Shown: positions 38,428-50,579 of the stretch, one piece after another
How the letters are laid out: each line of letters starts with the position of its first letter
How positions within the stretch are numbered: the stretch's first letter is position 1
Translations under genes and position numbers: made by a program
Origin: the human T2T-CHM13v2.0 reference genome, Homo sapiens
Strand: one strand, 5' to 3'
DNA length: 64,000 nt
Assembly (NCBI RefSeq): GCF_009914755.1
Contig: NC_060935.1
The notes under the pieces: model-generated
The model's input: the letters and a program-made list of their open reading frames with translations, nothing else
Databases searched by the model: none
Told to the model about the DNA's origin: nothing

Positions 38428-39391
38428 TACTATAAGTTAAAACACTGAGAATCTGAGAATGCTTTTATTCTCACCCAAGAAAACATCACCAGAGACTTAG
38501 AAATTATCCAACTTCCTCCCCAAGTAGGAGAAATAGTGAAGAGATCATTTTGCAAGGGCTCAATTTTACCCATCTGGATATCTCAGTGTGTGGCACATGA
38601 AGCCTTCATTACATTTCTATAATCAGTTGGAGATAATATGGTCCTCCAGAGAGGGATGTTCATGTTCTCAGAAACCTGGAAGAGCAGGAGTAGGTGAAAA
38701 AGTCATGTGTGACCTTCACAGGCACCTACAAGTAGAGGGGCCAGAAAGTGTGGTTTTGGTTCCTCCTCCAAAGCAGGCCAGTGGGCATTAGTAATGGTGG
38801 GGGAGGGAGGAGGTCCCTAGGGAGGATCTGCATAATGACACTGAGACCATTTACCAAGACACAAATGCAAACTGAAAGAGTAATATTCTTCAGTGACATA
38901 TTCAAGCAGGAGAGAAAACTGTTTTAAAAACAACCACCAAAACCTGCTTACCTCGTTTTGCATGATGCTCCCTCGCCCCCTTCTTAAGTACACACTTTGT
39001 GGAAGAGACTCACACATTTGCATGACAGTACAAAGAAAAGGCCCTTTACCCACCAGGATGGAGAGAAATGAGAGAGGGAGGGAGTGGGGGGTAGTGAAGC
39101 AGCTGGTTCCACAGAAGGAAAGGGAGCAGGACTGAGTACCGATTTTGGCTTTGGGAGAACAAGGCATTCGGAAGCAAGAAGCCATGTTGGTAAGTGAGGC
39201 CCCTCCTCCCCATAGAGGCCAGGGAACAGCCCGGAGCACAGGGGCTAATCTGTGTCAAGAGCCCTTGGTTTCCGTGGACCACAGACAGAAACATCAGCTG
39301 GTGATGACATACAGGGTATCGCCCGTTCTCTGATCTCAGAGTGAAAAGGGACCACAGCAGGCTCCTGACTCATGCAGGCCCCTCACCCCAC

Positions 39392-40668
39392 CTTGTATGG
39401 CCTCCTTCCCCTGTGCAGCCTCTTCCCACAGTGCAGCCTCCTCCCCCTGTGCGGCCTCCTCCCCTGTGTGGCCTCCTCCTTCAGCATGGCCTCCTTCCCC
39501 TGTGCAGCCTCCTCCCCCTGTGCAGCCTCCTCCCCCTGTGCAGCCTCCTCCTTCAGCGTGGCCTCCTCCCCTGTGCAGCCTCCTTCCCCTGTGCAGCCTC
39601 CTCCCCCTGTGCAGCCTCCTCCTCCTGTGCGGCCTCCTCCCCTGTGCAGCCTCCTCCTTCAGCGTGGCCTCCTCCCGTGTGCAGCCTCCTTCCCCTGTGC
39701 AGCCTCCTCCCCCTGTGCAGCCTCCTCCCCCTGTGCAGCCTCCTCCTCCTGTGCGGCCTCCTCCCCTGTGCAGCCTCCTCCTTCAGCGTGGCCTCCTCCC
39801 CTGTGCAGCCTCCTCCCCCTGTGTGGCCTCCTCCCTGTGTGGCCTCCTCCCCCTGTGCAGCCTCCTCCTTCAGCGTGGCCTCCTCCCCCTGTGCAGCCTC
39901 CTCCTCCTGTGCGGCCTCCTCCCCTGTGCAGCCTCCTCCCCCTGTGCAGCCTCCTCCTTCAGTATGGCCTCCTCCCCCTGTGCAGCTTCCTCCCCCTGTG
40001 TGGCCTCCTCCCCCTGTGCAGCTTCCTCCTTCAGTATGGCCTCCTCCCCTTGTGTGGCTTCCTTCCCCTGTGTGGCCTTCTCCTTCAATGTGGCCTCCAG
40101 CCCCATGTGCGACCTCCTGCCCCAGTGTGGCCTCTGCCCCCAGTGCGGCCTCCTCCCCCTGTGTGGCCCCCTCCTTCAGTGTGGCCTCCTTCCCCTGTGT
40201 GGCCTCCTCGCCCTGTGTAGCCTCCTTCTTCATTGTGGCCTCCTCCCCCTGTGTAGCCTCCTCCCCCTGTACAGCCTCCTCCTTCAATATGGCCTCCTCC
40301 CCGTGTGGCCTCCTCCTTCAGTGTGGCCTCTTCCCCATGTGCGACCTCCTGCCCCAGTGCGGCCTCCTCCCCCTGTGTGGCCTCCTCCCCCTGTGCAGCC
40401 TCCTCCTTTAGCACAACCTCCTCCCCCTGTGTGGCCTCTGCCCCCAGTGTGGCCTCCTCCCCCTATGTGGCCTCCTGCCCCTGTGCGGCCTCCTCCTTCA
40501 GTGTGGCCTCCTACTTCAGTGTGGCCTCCTCCCCCTGTGCAGCCTCCTGCCCCAGTGTGGCCTTCTCCCCCTGTGCAGCCTCGTCCCTCTGTGCAGCCTC
40601 CTCCCCCTTGTGCAGCCTCCTCACCTTGTGCGGCCTCCTTCCCTTGTGCAGGCTCCTTACCTTGTGCC
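39392..40668. repeat. 18-bp-unit minisatellite (VNTR), ~70 copies
   Basis: Consensus GCCTCCTCCCCCTGTGCA with 16-17 bp and ...TTCAGCGTG variants. Confidence 0.97.
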
Positions 40669-40954
40669 ACTTTTCTGGAAAAAAGTGTCACAACCTGTGC
40701 TATCACCGCCCACTGGGGACACTAGTAAACAGGAAACCTGTGTTGGCTTGAGGATCGTCACTTTTGTTTCTTGCATCTGTGGCCAGGGCCTTCTCAGCAC
40801 TGCTGTTCTTCACTGCAGCCTCAGTCTCCAGGAGGAATTCAGTAAATATGTATGGAATGAACGTAGAGATGCGTGAATGAATGAATGAACATCAAGGGTC
40901 CCTACAAAATCACTTTTGTGGTGTAGGCCACAAGCCATACTCCAACAGGCAGAA

Positions 40955-41180
40955 TTCAGAGAGTGAAGAGACTTTGAGATCAGATAGGCCTGAGTCAGAA
41001 TCCTGCTGTGTAACCTTAGACAGCTGCCCTCCCCTCTCTGAGTCCCTATTTCCTTACCTGATGAATTAAGATAAGAATGTTCATCCCACAGTGCTGCCAT
41101 GAGGAGTAAGTGAGAGAAAGTCTGTAAAGCACTCAGCACAGCGCTTAGGAGCTCAATAAAGGGCCACTGTTGTCATTACT
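40955..41180 (+). mobile_element. MIR
   Basis: GCTGTGTAACCTTAGACAG...GTAAAGCACTCAGCACAGCGCTTAGGAGCTCAATAAA. Confidence 0.8.
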
Positions 41181-41799
41181 GGTCCAGCAACAACCTGACG
41201 TATTGATTTCTAGCAAGTCTTATTCTCAAGCGGATCCCGAAGATTCCCACATGGAAGTTTCCTGGATCGCATGCCAGGTGGAAAGGTCTCTACACCCCCA
41301 CACTGACCTCCAGCTGACTGCTTCTCAGGGTGTCACTTGAGGAAACTCTTCGTCAAACTCTTTCTGCAGCCTGCCCTACCCATACGAAGTTTCCTTCCAG
41401 AGTGTGGGCTTGCATGCAACCACACGGAGGGCTCTTCCAACTCCCTGGCCCTGCCGTTAGACTCCTTCCTCCTTGATGTCTTGATTTGCCTTGTCCGCCC
41501 GCTCCTGCCTGCATCCCTGCACACCCATGCTCTCTACTCCCTGCGGCATGCCCCAGGGCACTTTATTCTTGGCTCTGGTTCTTGGTCTGGTTTTTCTCAG
41601 CCCTCTTCCAGTCTTTAAAAAATCAGAAATATGGAAACTTACATTTGACACAGTCACAAATAACTTTTGTCTCAGTCAAGTGACGAAGACACCCAACATA
41701 TATGCAATAGGGGGTTAGGCCATTTCACAGATAACTAAGATTTTGATTTCTTCTCTTTCCAGCTCTCAGATAAACAGTCCAGCAATGGATGCTTCCGAG

Positions 41800-42050
41800 G
41801 CAGCAGAGCCTCATGGCAAGCATCCAAACAGACCTGGGTTTGGGATCTGGCTCTGACACTCAGTCCCTCCAGGCAGCACGCCTCGGTGTCTGCTATCTTC
41901 AGTCTCCTCATCGATACAATGGGGATAAAGAAAGTAACTACCTCCTCATGCCAGTGTGAGAAAGGATGGCAACATGTGTTAAGAAGCACTGAGAACAGTG
42001 TCTGGCATGCAAAAGTATTCAGTTGATGTTAGGCATCACCGTCATCATAA
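41800..42050 (+). mobile_element. MIR
   Basis: CAGACCTGGGTTTGGGATCTGGCTCTGACACT...CTCCTCATCGATACAATGGGGATAA...GCACTGAGAACAGTGTCTGGCA. Confidence 0.8.
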
Positions 42051-42059
42051 GAGGAGCCA

Positions 42060-42900
42060 ATGGCATTTATTGAGAATATTCTGGTTAGACTCTATACTAG
42101 ACACTTGAGATACAAGACGGTAACACCAGACAAGGCCTCTGGACCCTGAATTTAAAGTCCACAGGGAAGTAGAGACTTTTGTTAAATAATCATGCACATA
42201 GACAGGAATTATCACCGTGACGATTACCCGAAATGGAGGGGCACTGTATTAAGAGAGGAGAAGCGGGAGGCTGAACCTGGTTTAACAGGCCAGGGAAGCC
42301 TTCCCTCAGGAGGAGAGATTTCATCTGAGATCTCAGGGATGAATGAAAGTAATTCAGGTTAGGGGGATGCACGTGCGGGAAATGACCAGGGCCCATTTAA
42401 GGAACTGAAAGAAGGCCCAGGTGGCCAGGGCTGGTGAGGGTGGAGGAGCAGAGGAAGGCCAAATCCTAGGGAGACCACAGGCTCTGCTGAGCAGCGTTGT
42501 CTCCATCCTGACACTGAGGGAGAACTAGTGATGATTTATAAGTTTGGGGAAGGAAGTGTGCATGAGCATTCTGGGTGCAATGTGTAGAATGAATTGGAAA
42601 GGAGCAGACATGGATGGGGCGGGGACAGTCGGAAGTGCACTGCATCAGTCCAGGCATGAACAAGAGCAGCTTTGTCTAAAGCACTAGATGATGGCAATGG
42701 GCACGGACACCCACTACCGGACTGTAGAGTTTTAGGAAACACAAGCCACAGAATTTGGTGGTGATGGGAACAGGGGCAGCAGAATTTCCAAATCTGACCC
42801 CTCGATTCCTGGTTCTGTTTCTGCACAGATGCACGGACATAGTGTCAATGAATGAGAAAGGACACAGTGAACTCAGACCTGGCTGAAGAGTGCAGTCATG
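42060..42900 (-). mobile_element. L2
   Basis: GCATTTATTGAG..., CAGGGAAGCCTTCCCTCAGGAGGAGAGATTTCATCTGAGATCT, GGAACTGAAAGAAGGCCCAG. Confidence 0.7.
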
Positions 42901-42944
42901 GGTTCTGCTGGGGAAGCAGCATCACAACACATCACAACAGCTCA

Positions 42945-43135
42945 TTGCTCTAGAGTCAGACTGCCTGGCCTCCAATCCTGTATCCATTCCCGACAGTCGG
43001 TGTGACCTGAAACTCTCCAAGCTTAATTTCCTTAACAATTCCCACCCCCCAACCTCAGAGTTGACATGAAGATCTGAGACCATGGACACGAAGCCATGAG
43101 CATAGTGCCTGGCACACAGTAATAACTCAACACAG
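42945..43135 (+). mobile_element. MIR
   Basis: CTCTAGAGTCAGACTGCCTGG...GTGTGACCTG...CATAGTGCCTGGCACACAGTAATAACTCAA. Confidence 0.75.
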
Positions 43136-45559
43136 GCCAAGACTTTGTAAGCTGCGTGGCATAAGCAGCAATTGAAGGAGTCGTCACTCCCTCTCTCCAA
43201 GTTTCTTCAGGTTCAGGTAATAGAGACTTTTGCCTTCTCAGGAAAAATATTAAGAAGCTGCTGTCTGTCCTTTGCTTCCCACTGCTCTTCCCCCACAGGA
43301 ATAAGATTGATTTCTCTAATTAGAGAGATGACAAAGGTCTGACATGTCTGAGTCCTTGTTTCTCCACTAGGCAGGGTTAATGTATTACCAGGCTCTGCTC
43401 ACACACATTTATTCGTTTTGTGTCTCCCGCCCTGCTCCCTCCATCTGGCCCTCTCTCCCTCTTTCTCGCTGCCTTTCTCCCCTTAAAAGGGCTATCTGGA
43501 GTTCATGTGTGTCCTCCTTTCTGTTCCTTCCTCCTCTGGGTGATAAGCCACTGGCAGGCCCTGGCTCTGCAGAGGGAGGCCTACAGCTACAGTTGACAAA
43601 TTATTTTGCCTGTGGCCAAATGAATGAGATCAACTGGGAGAAAGGAGGCTGTTAAATGAGAAGCTCATTTTGGACTTGAATCAAGACTGCATTCTCCAGT
43701 TCAGCCTTACTAGTAATAAGATTGATAGTTTGATGCCTGTTTGACTTGGTGTTTCTCAGCTCTTTCAGAAGCCGGTGGGGAGAGAGAAATGATGAATTGT
43801 ACTCTTTAAGCTCTACAGTAATTGATGCCAGCCACAATGTCAAAAAATGAGATGATCTTGGGAAACATATACAGGAATAAGGAAACCTAGAACTGAGTCT
43901 TATCTTTTCAATGGCTTGACTAAAAAATACTTGCCAGGAATGAGCAGAGAGAAAAGTGGGAGCAGATTAAGAGAGGGTCATGTTACAAAATCCAGGAGAA
44001 GAGAGGGCCTTCATGAGGAGGGAGTGATGGACAATGCAGCAACTGGCTACGATGAGTGTTAACTTTCTTCTGTTACCTGATTGTCAGGGAGGGCATTAAT
44101 GGCCTTAGAAAAAACTCCTTTGTAGCAGTAAGGGAGTAGAAGCTAACCTCCTGTGGGTTGGAAGATGAGTAGAAGGTGAAGAAAGGAGAGAGGACAAACA
44201 CATAGACAACTTTCCAAGAATACCGGCTATGAAGAGACAGAGAAAGACTGGGGGGCCACTTACCACTCCAGACCCCAACCCAGATCTGTCTCAAGCAGAC
44301 CCCACACCTCCATTTCACAGCTGGACTGGAAAAGCCGAGCTCTATGAATGTAACCCTCCAACACTCTCTGTTAATCATCGGTTCATAGGAGCGATGCTCA
44401 TGGGCGTTTTTTTTTCTTTCTGAACTGTGTTGAAACACAATCTCTTACATAAATGGACATCCCAATTCAATTGATTCATTTGACCACGAGGTTCATCCCA
44501 ATGAACCCTCTACCAGAAAATATGAATTGGGCTGTTGTATCTTCCTGGCAAGAATCATCCATTTATTTTCAGGGATATTATAGTGCCTCGTATATTTCCT
44601 GTTACAGTAGGTGTCACAAGGTATAGTAACTATTTCTGCACCTCTCCATAACCATCCCCAGCTGGTAAACTTGTCCTTGTCTCACACAGTAGGAACTCAA
44701 TAGTGATTGTAAAATAGCTGAGAAACGGGCAGCATCCTTCCCCGGCTTGTGGTGAAATGTTGACAAAATTGGATTTCTGTGTTGGACACAGTTCAGAAGA
44801 TACTAAGGAGACATGATGACTAAATGCAATATGGTATCCTGGATGGGATCCTGGAATGAAAGAACATTCGTGGGAAAACTAGTGAATGCCCTCAGCACAC
44901 CCAGCCTAAGGCACGAAACCCTATTTCCTTGTACCCCAGGTTCTTGTTTTTTAGAGAAAGTTGAAAGATATGTAAACCTTTCCTCCGAAGCAGCTCAGCA
45001 TGAGGACATGGGAAGATGAAAGGATATCCTGGACATTCTTGTGTATCCTCATCAACAAATTAACCTTCCTAGAAAAAAAAAATTAAGAAAAAGGAGTCAT
45101 CCTTAGTCTTTCGGTCTAGTTTTCCTTCACATGGGTTTGTTTAAATGTAGGAGGAGTTCTGCCTGCAGAATGGATAAGGAACTTGGTAATAACTTATTTC
45201 ACTTAGTTCCATCTTTAGTATTTTGTCCTCATGGTTGAAGACTTCTTTGGAGAGCATATTTGACAATCATATGACAGTGAAGATTGAATGAAATACCTCT
45301 AGATTTGTCTTTTTCTTATAAAGCAATATGGATCTCCCATACCCTTATGCAAATGAAAGTTGCCCAGGAAACTATCTGTATCTACAAAAGAAGAGATGAT
45401 AGTGACGTCTGCAGCAAGGAGCACACAAGTCAACCAGAGAAGAAGTCAGGATCAGGATACATCTTTAGGTGCTGTTAAAAAGTCGTAAAATGATCTGTGA
45501 AATTCTGAGTCTGAATGTGGGATTATATTCAAAAGCGAGTTGAAATAGCTTGCCCTAGC

Positions 45560-45830
45560 AAAACAATGACAACAATGGCAACAGCAACAACGTTTACTAC
45601 TTGCTAACCACTTACTATGTGCTGGGCACTGTGCAAAGCACAGCGTGTTCCATCATTCCATCCTCACAACCCTGTTGGATGGTCCTACTCTTATCCTCAT
45701 TTCACAGGCAAAGACGTACAGGATTAAAAACGTTGAGCAACTTTCCCAAGGCCATTACTGCACTAGGAATAGACATAGCCAGGATTCTCCTGGGTCCGGG
45801 GCCCATGCTCTTAGCCACTTCCTCATAGCA
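45560..45830 (-). mobile_element. MIR
   Basis: CACTTACTATGTGCTGGGCACTGTGCAAAGCAC...TCCTCACAACCCTG...CTCATTTCACAG...GCTCTTAGCCACT. Confidence 0.8.
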
Positions 45831-46648
45831 CATCTGCATCGGTAAGCCTGGGCACATATCATGCAAGTTCTGGAGTGTCCACTGTCACAAGGGCAAGAGG
45901 CAAAGAGTGTGTTCTGTATAAGGGTCACAAGTCTTCTCTGTGCACATCGTGGAAGAGGTACCATAAGTTCTGTCTTTCTGCAGCTGCCCCTGGCTGTCCA
46001 GAGCTCCCTGGGATGCCTCATCCTCAGAAATTTCCCTGCGAAGAATCCTTTTACCCACCTGTACCTTGACTAACTCCCATAGATTCTGAACCATTCTGGT
46101 TTAACATATATTTACTGGACCAGGCCACGCCACCCCAAATCCTTTTTTTGGAAAAAGCTATACATGGAGAATAAATTATCTAATAATGTATCTCAGGCAA
46201 CATGGTGAGTAGTGGGGATGTGAAGATGATAAGACCTGCTCTTTGATAGCAAATTGATACACTAATTAACATTAATAGCTTAATTGGTAATAACGGCTTA
46301 AGGCATTACTGCATCTACTTAAGATGCTATCGTTTTCATGAGACCTCTCAATGCTCAAGCTCAAACGAATAACCCACAGTGTGAATTTCAGCACCCTCAG
46401 CAAGTTGGGAGTGGAGTGGACAGCAGGCCAAGAAAAGGGCCACTTCCCAATTCCACAGTCTTAAAAGCATGAAGGAGGGAAGGAGTCAGGGGAGCCTCCT
46501 CAGCTCCTCAGACTTTCCTTGTCCGTGGTCTTTCTGTGTAAGAATTCAGAGGGTGCTGAGCGCCACAGCCAGTCCTAGGCTTGTGATAAACCACATACAC
46601 CTGGAACAGCTCACTCAGAAACATGAGTACATGAGGACTCCGATCCGG

Positions 46649-46812
46649 CAGTGCTCCACACATTAACATGCATACAAACCCCCAAGGGATCTGGCCAAAA
46701 TGCGGATCCTGGCTCTGTGGATCTTAGGCAAGGCCTGAGCATCTGCATCCCCAGGGAGCTTCCAGCTGATACTGATGCCGCTGGTTCTGGGAACCACACT
46801 CTGAGAAGCAAG
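46649..46812. mobile_element. MER5-family MITE
   Basis: AAAATGCGGATCCTGGCTC...GGCCTGAGCATCTGCAT...GATACTGATGCCGCTGGTTCTGGGAACCACACTCTGAGAAGCA. Confidence 0.75.
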
Positions 46813-49089
46813 GCTCTGGAATGCCTTCCACCATGCCATCATTTCCCAGTGGCCACCCAGGTCTTACTTGGATACCTCCATTGATGGGGAACTTACTGCC
46901 CTTTAGGATGGCTTTTTCTTCAGTGCTGTTTCTTCCGTGAAGCTGAAATTTGTTATCCTCAATCACTGAATGTTGTTCTGCCCAAAGATCAATGATTTTC
47001 TCACATTTAGATTCCCAATTATCTGTGATAGGCAGGAGCTATGGAAATAAATTCCCTTCAAAGGGTAAATGCAGATACCTACTGATTATTTCAGCCCAGG
47101 TGGGGCTGATTCTGCCGCCTTCGACACAGTAAAAGCTGAGTTACAGAGCACTTCACATACCAGGCAGCAGAGCCGGGAACCAGCATCCATGGCCCATTAT
47201 GACTGTATTGTTCATGAACAATTTAGGGATCTGCAAACTTACTGCTAAACATTATGGTTTCTTCAGTGAGATAAGAAGGGCAATTAGGATGAAAAAAGAA
47301 ACAAATGCAACTGCTTGGGGAATGTGGATTGTGTATAAGTGTGTATATGAACCCAGATCGATCTGAGCAATGAGCCATTTGGTTTGGTCTGAGGAGATCT
47401 GAGCAGCAGAGACCGTGTGGCTGTCTCTTAGTATAACCTTGCTTCTAGACAAGGCTTGAGGGTGTCCTAATTTCACACTTGAACTCCAGTGTCCCAAGGA
47501 CCTTTTGAGAACTGGTGACATCTCAGACTGTTTCGGCTTTGGATGAAGGTGGAGAACAAGCAATGGGTCAAAACAAAGCAGGCACCATCTGCCAATTCTC
47601 CATGTTGCACAGCCCATGCCTGTGTGGGAGCAGCCGGTGTCACGGCTACTGCTGAAGATAAAGAGAAGAACATGTATCTGGAGGTTTGAAATTTTAACAA
47701 CAGCTTCTTGGTTGTTAATGAATAATAGACACCTGGGAGGGGTCAATGCCACCCACAAAACTGGGGCCTAATATCTGATAGGCTGTCAACGTCCAAGCCA
47801 TAGCTTGAGTTTCCAAGTCAAACTTCCTTTTCCCCAGATAAAGGAAACACTGGGAAGGAAACAATGGTTAGATTAGCAAGGCCGGCCTCGAGGCTACCGG
47901 GAACGAATAGCGCTAGCGCGATAACTCCGCTTTCCTTGGAAAGAAAAGCTTGGAGAGGACAGAGAAGGGGAACCACCCCGCCCCCTCCTCCCAGCACACA
48001 CTCTCGTCACCACCCTGCACGAAATGGGAACATTTTCAGGCCCCAGTTATGATTTAAATGAAGCACACCGCACCAATATTGTGTGGTGCCATCTGTTATT
48101 TTATATTTCACGAAATTTGGCCAGTTTTGAAATATTATAATTATATCTCCTACATTACGTATGCAACGCAGACATTTTCTGAAACATAAATACAGTGTGT
48201 GGGAAATGTGACTGTATTTATAGCCCTTGGCTGGTGGGCACCATCAACGGCCTGGCGAGGGCAGCCTGCCAGCACTGCAGGGCCCGGGGGGAAGCACGCC
48301 TCCCCCACCCCACCCCATCCTCCAGGGAGCTCCAGCACTCAGAGTGGCCCATGCCCTTTCATCTTCTAAGGAAGGTAACATCAACTGTACTTTAAAATTT
48401 TCAAGATCCAGTGTGTCCCCTCCCTCAGACTGCAGCAGCCAGGCACAGGCATATTCAGTGATGGCCAGAGTCAGGGAATGGGCACAGAAGGCGCACGGCC
48501 CTGAAGGCAGCTCCCCCACCCCACATGCTCCTTGCAGCAGCGTTACTCAGGAGAGAGAATGGGGCAGGAGGTGGCAGGGTCCTCAGAGTCAAAGCACAGG
48601 GAGGTTGGAGAGAGCTGCTGTAGGAGGAGATCTCTGTCCAGGGACAGCCATGCCTCTTAGCCTTAGGCCTTCACTTGCTTCTGCAAAGGAGAATTTAGAG
48701 CGTTGTAGCTCATTTTGGCTTAGGTGTCAGGAGGTACAGAAAAAAACGGTCAGACCTAGTCCAAGTCTCCAGTGGGCGTGCTCTGGGATTTCTATATTCA
48801 AAGAAAAATCAGTGTTGTTTATTTGAGTGTTTTTTTTTCCCCGAATACTGCCAAGTGCTATGCAATAGCAAAGAGAAGAAAGCAAATGACAAGTATTTGA
48901 GTTTCCCTTTCTGTCTCCAAAACAAAGGCATTCTTCAGTGATGAGAGAGCTATTTGATAACCGTGGACGTTTCTGCCACAGTCTTCACGTGCATCTTTAG
49001 GAGTTCACACAAACCTTTCTCTCAGAACACTAACTGCTGTTGCTCTGGACAGTCCAGCCAGAGAAGAGCATCGTTGGCACTGCAACTTT

Positions 49090-49340
49090 TTTTTTAATTA
49101 TTCGAGTTAGTTGCTAACATTTAAAACTCAAAGATTTCACATAAAACCCAGTTTCTCTTGAAAAACCATGAGAGCTGGCATCATTGGATGTGTATTTCTG
49201 CCCAGCAACAATCTGCCTGCTCTGGGAAGCAGCTGCCCCCTTTGGAAGAAAGCGCTCCTCAGTTTCCCCTTTCTCCAGCCTCCTCTGCAGCCCTGCACGC
49301 ACTCATGTCACCTGACTGGCACTTGTGTTTATGACTTCCT
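49090..49340 (+). mobile_element. MER102-like hAT-Charlie element
   Basis: TTAGTTGCTAACATTTAAAACTCAAAGATTTCACATAAAACCCAGTTTCTCTTGAAAAACC...GCAGCTGCCCCCTTTGG. Confidence 0.7.
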
Positions 49341-50579
49341 AAAGTAGGTAATTGACTCTTATGAAGAAATATAGACTAGAAAATTAAGGTAACTGTTTTT
49401 TTCTTGAGGTAGGGTTGGTGAAGCATTAAAATATGTCCATAAGCCATCTAACAGGAAATTAAAGTGAAATTTACAAGCCTCTCTGTTTTTTTTTCCTTAG
49501 AAAAAACTAAAATGAAAAGATAAATCTCCACCACAGCTCTTATTTTAGTGTATTTTAGTTATCTGTTTATTTACCATTCTTCACCAACAGACTGTGAGCA
49601 ATTTTAGAGCAGCAGCCAATTTAATTTTCCTTTGCACACCAGTGCCTACAAGAGTGTTTGACACATTGTAGACCAAATCTAGGGAAGAAAGGAAAGAAGG
49701 GTTAACAAAGCCAAAGTTACTCAGTCTGGCTTTGAGCTGGAATGAATCTCAATGAGTTTTTATCCTCAGTCAGAGAGCCTAGTTCAGAATTCTCCCAATT
49801 CTGTAAGGTCCCAAATACAATGGGATACACATCTAGACCAACTCCTAAATGAGACAAGCCTCTCTCTCTCTCTCCACCAGTGAGCTGTGCCCACCCCTAA
49901 TGGTAGCTGAGGAAGGCATGAGAACACTAAGCCCTGGGCCTCTGGTGAGAGGCAGACACATAGCTCAGGGGCGGTTGCTTCTCCAGCATGAGCATGACGG
50001 TTAAACACCAGCAAATCACTGTCCATGATGATCCAACTGTGTCTTCAGTGACAGGAAACAGAGCTTGGAATGAAATATCTCTGACTCCAAGAAGACAGAG
50101 AACCATTTGTGAGTAATTTGGTGGGATACTGGATGCTGCTGCTTTCAGGGTGAAGGAACCCCAGAGAGGCCATAAGAAAAGGAAGATCCTTGGGAAGTCT
50201 CTGGGCTCCCATGAAACTCCCATTAGAATCCAACAAGCAGTAAGAGAGCACACTGAAAGCCAAAAATTCCTTGAGTCTTATACCCTACCCACCTCAGATA
50301 CAGCCATGGGAGGAAAACTTGTCAAATTAAATATAATCTATAAAAAAAATCCTGTTACTGAGTATACTGATATATTTTAGCGCTACACAAACTCTGCATC
50401 AAGAAAAAAATTACCTCCAGTCTCTTAGATATTTTCCTACTGGAGTTTTCAACAAATGGTATAAGTTTGGTGATCCTCGTGTCCTAACACTGTACGCAGG
50501 CACATGTGATGCTAACATCAGAGAGAAAGCAAACACACACACACTCTCTCTCCATCTCCCTTAAAGTTTCCACTCAGTC

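Noticed and set aside
39400-40650. PRDM9-A motif CCNCCNTNNCCNC in the VNTR
   Set aside because: The best units I checked (CCTCCTTCCCCTG) miss the last C and the commonest unit also misses the central T; no exact match seen.
39341-40751. Long ORFs (up to 442 aa) on both strands, Pro/Cys/Ser/Gly-rich
   Set aside because: Produced by the stop-poor 18-bp VNTR; open in several frames at once, with low-complexity products.
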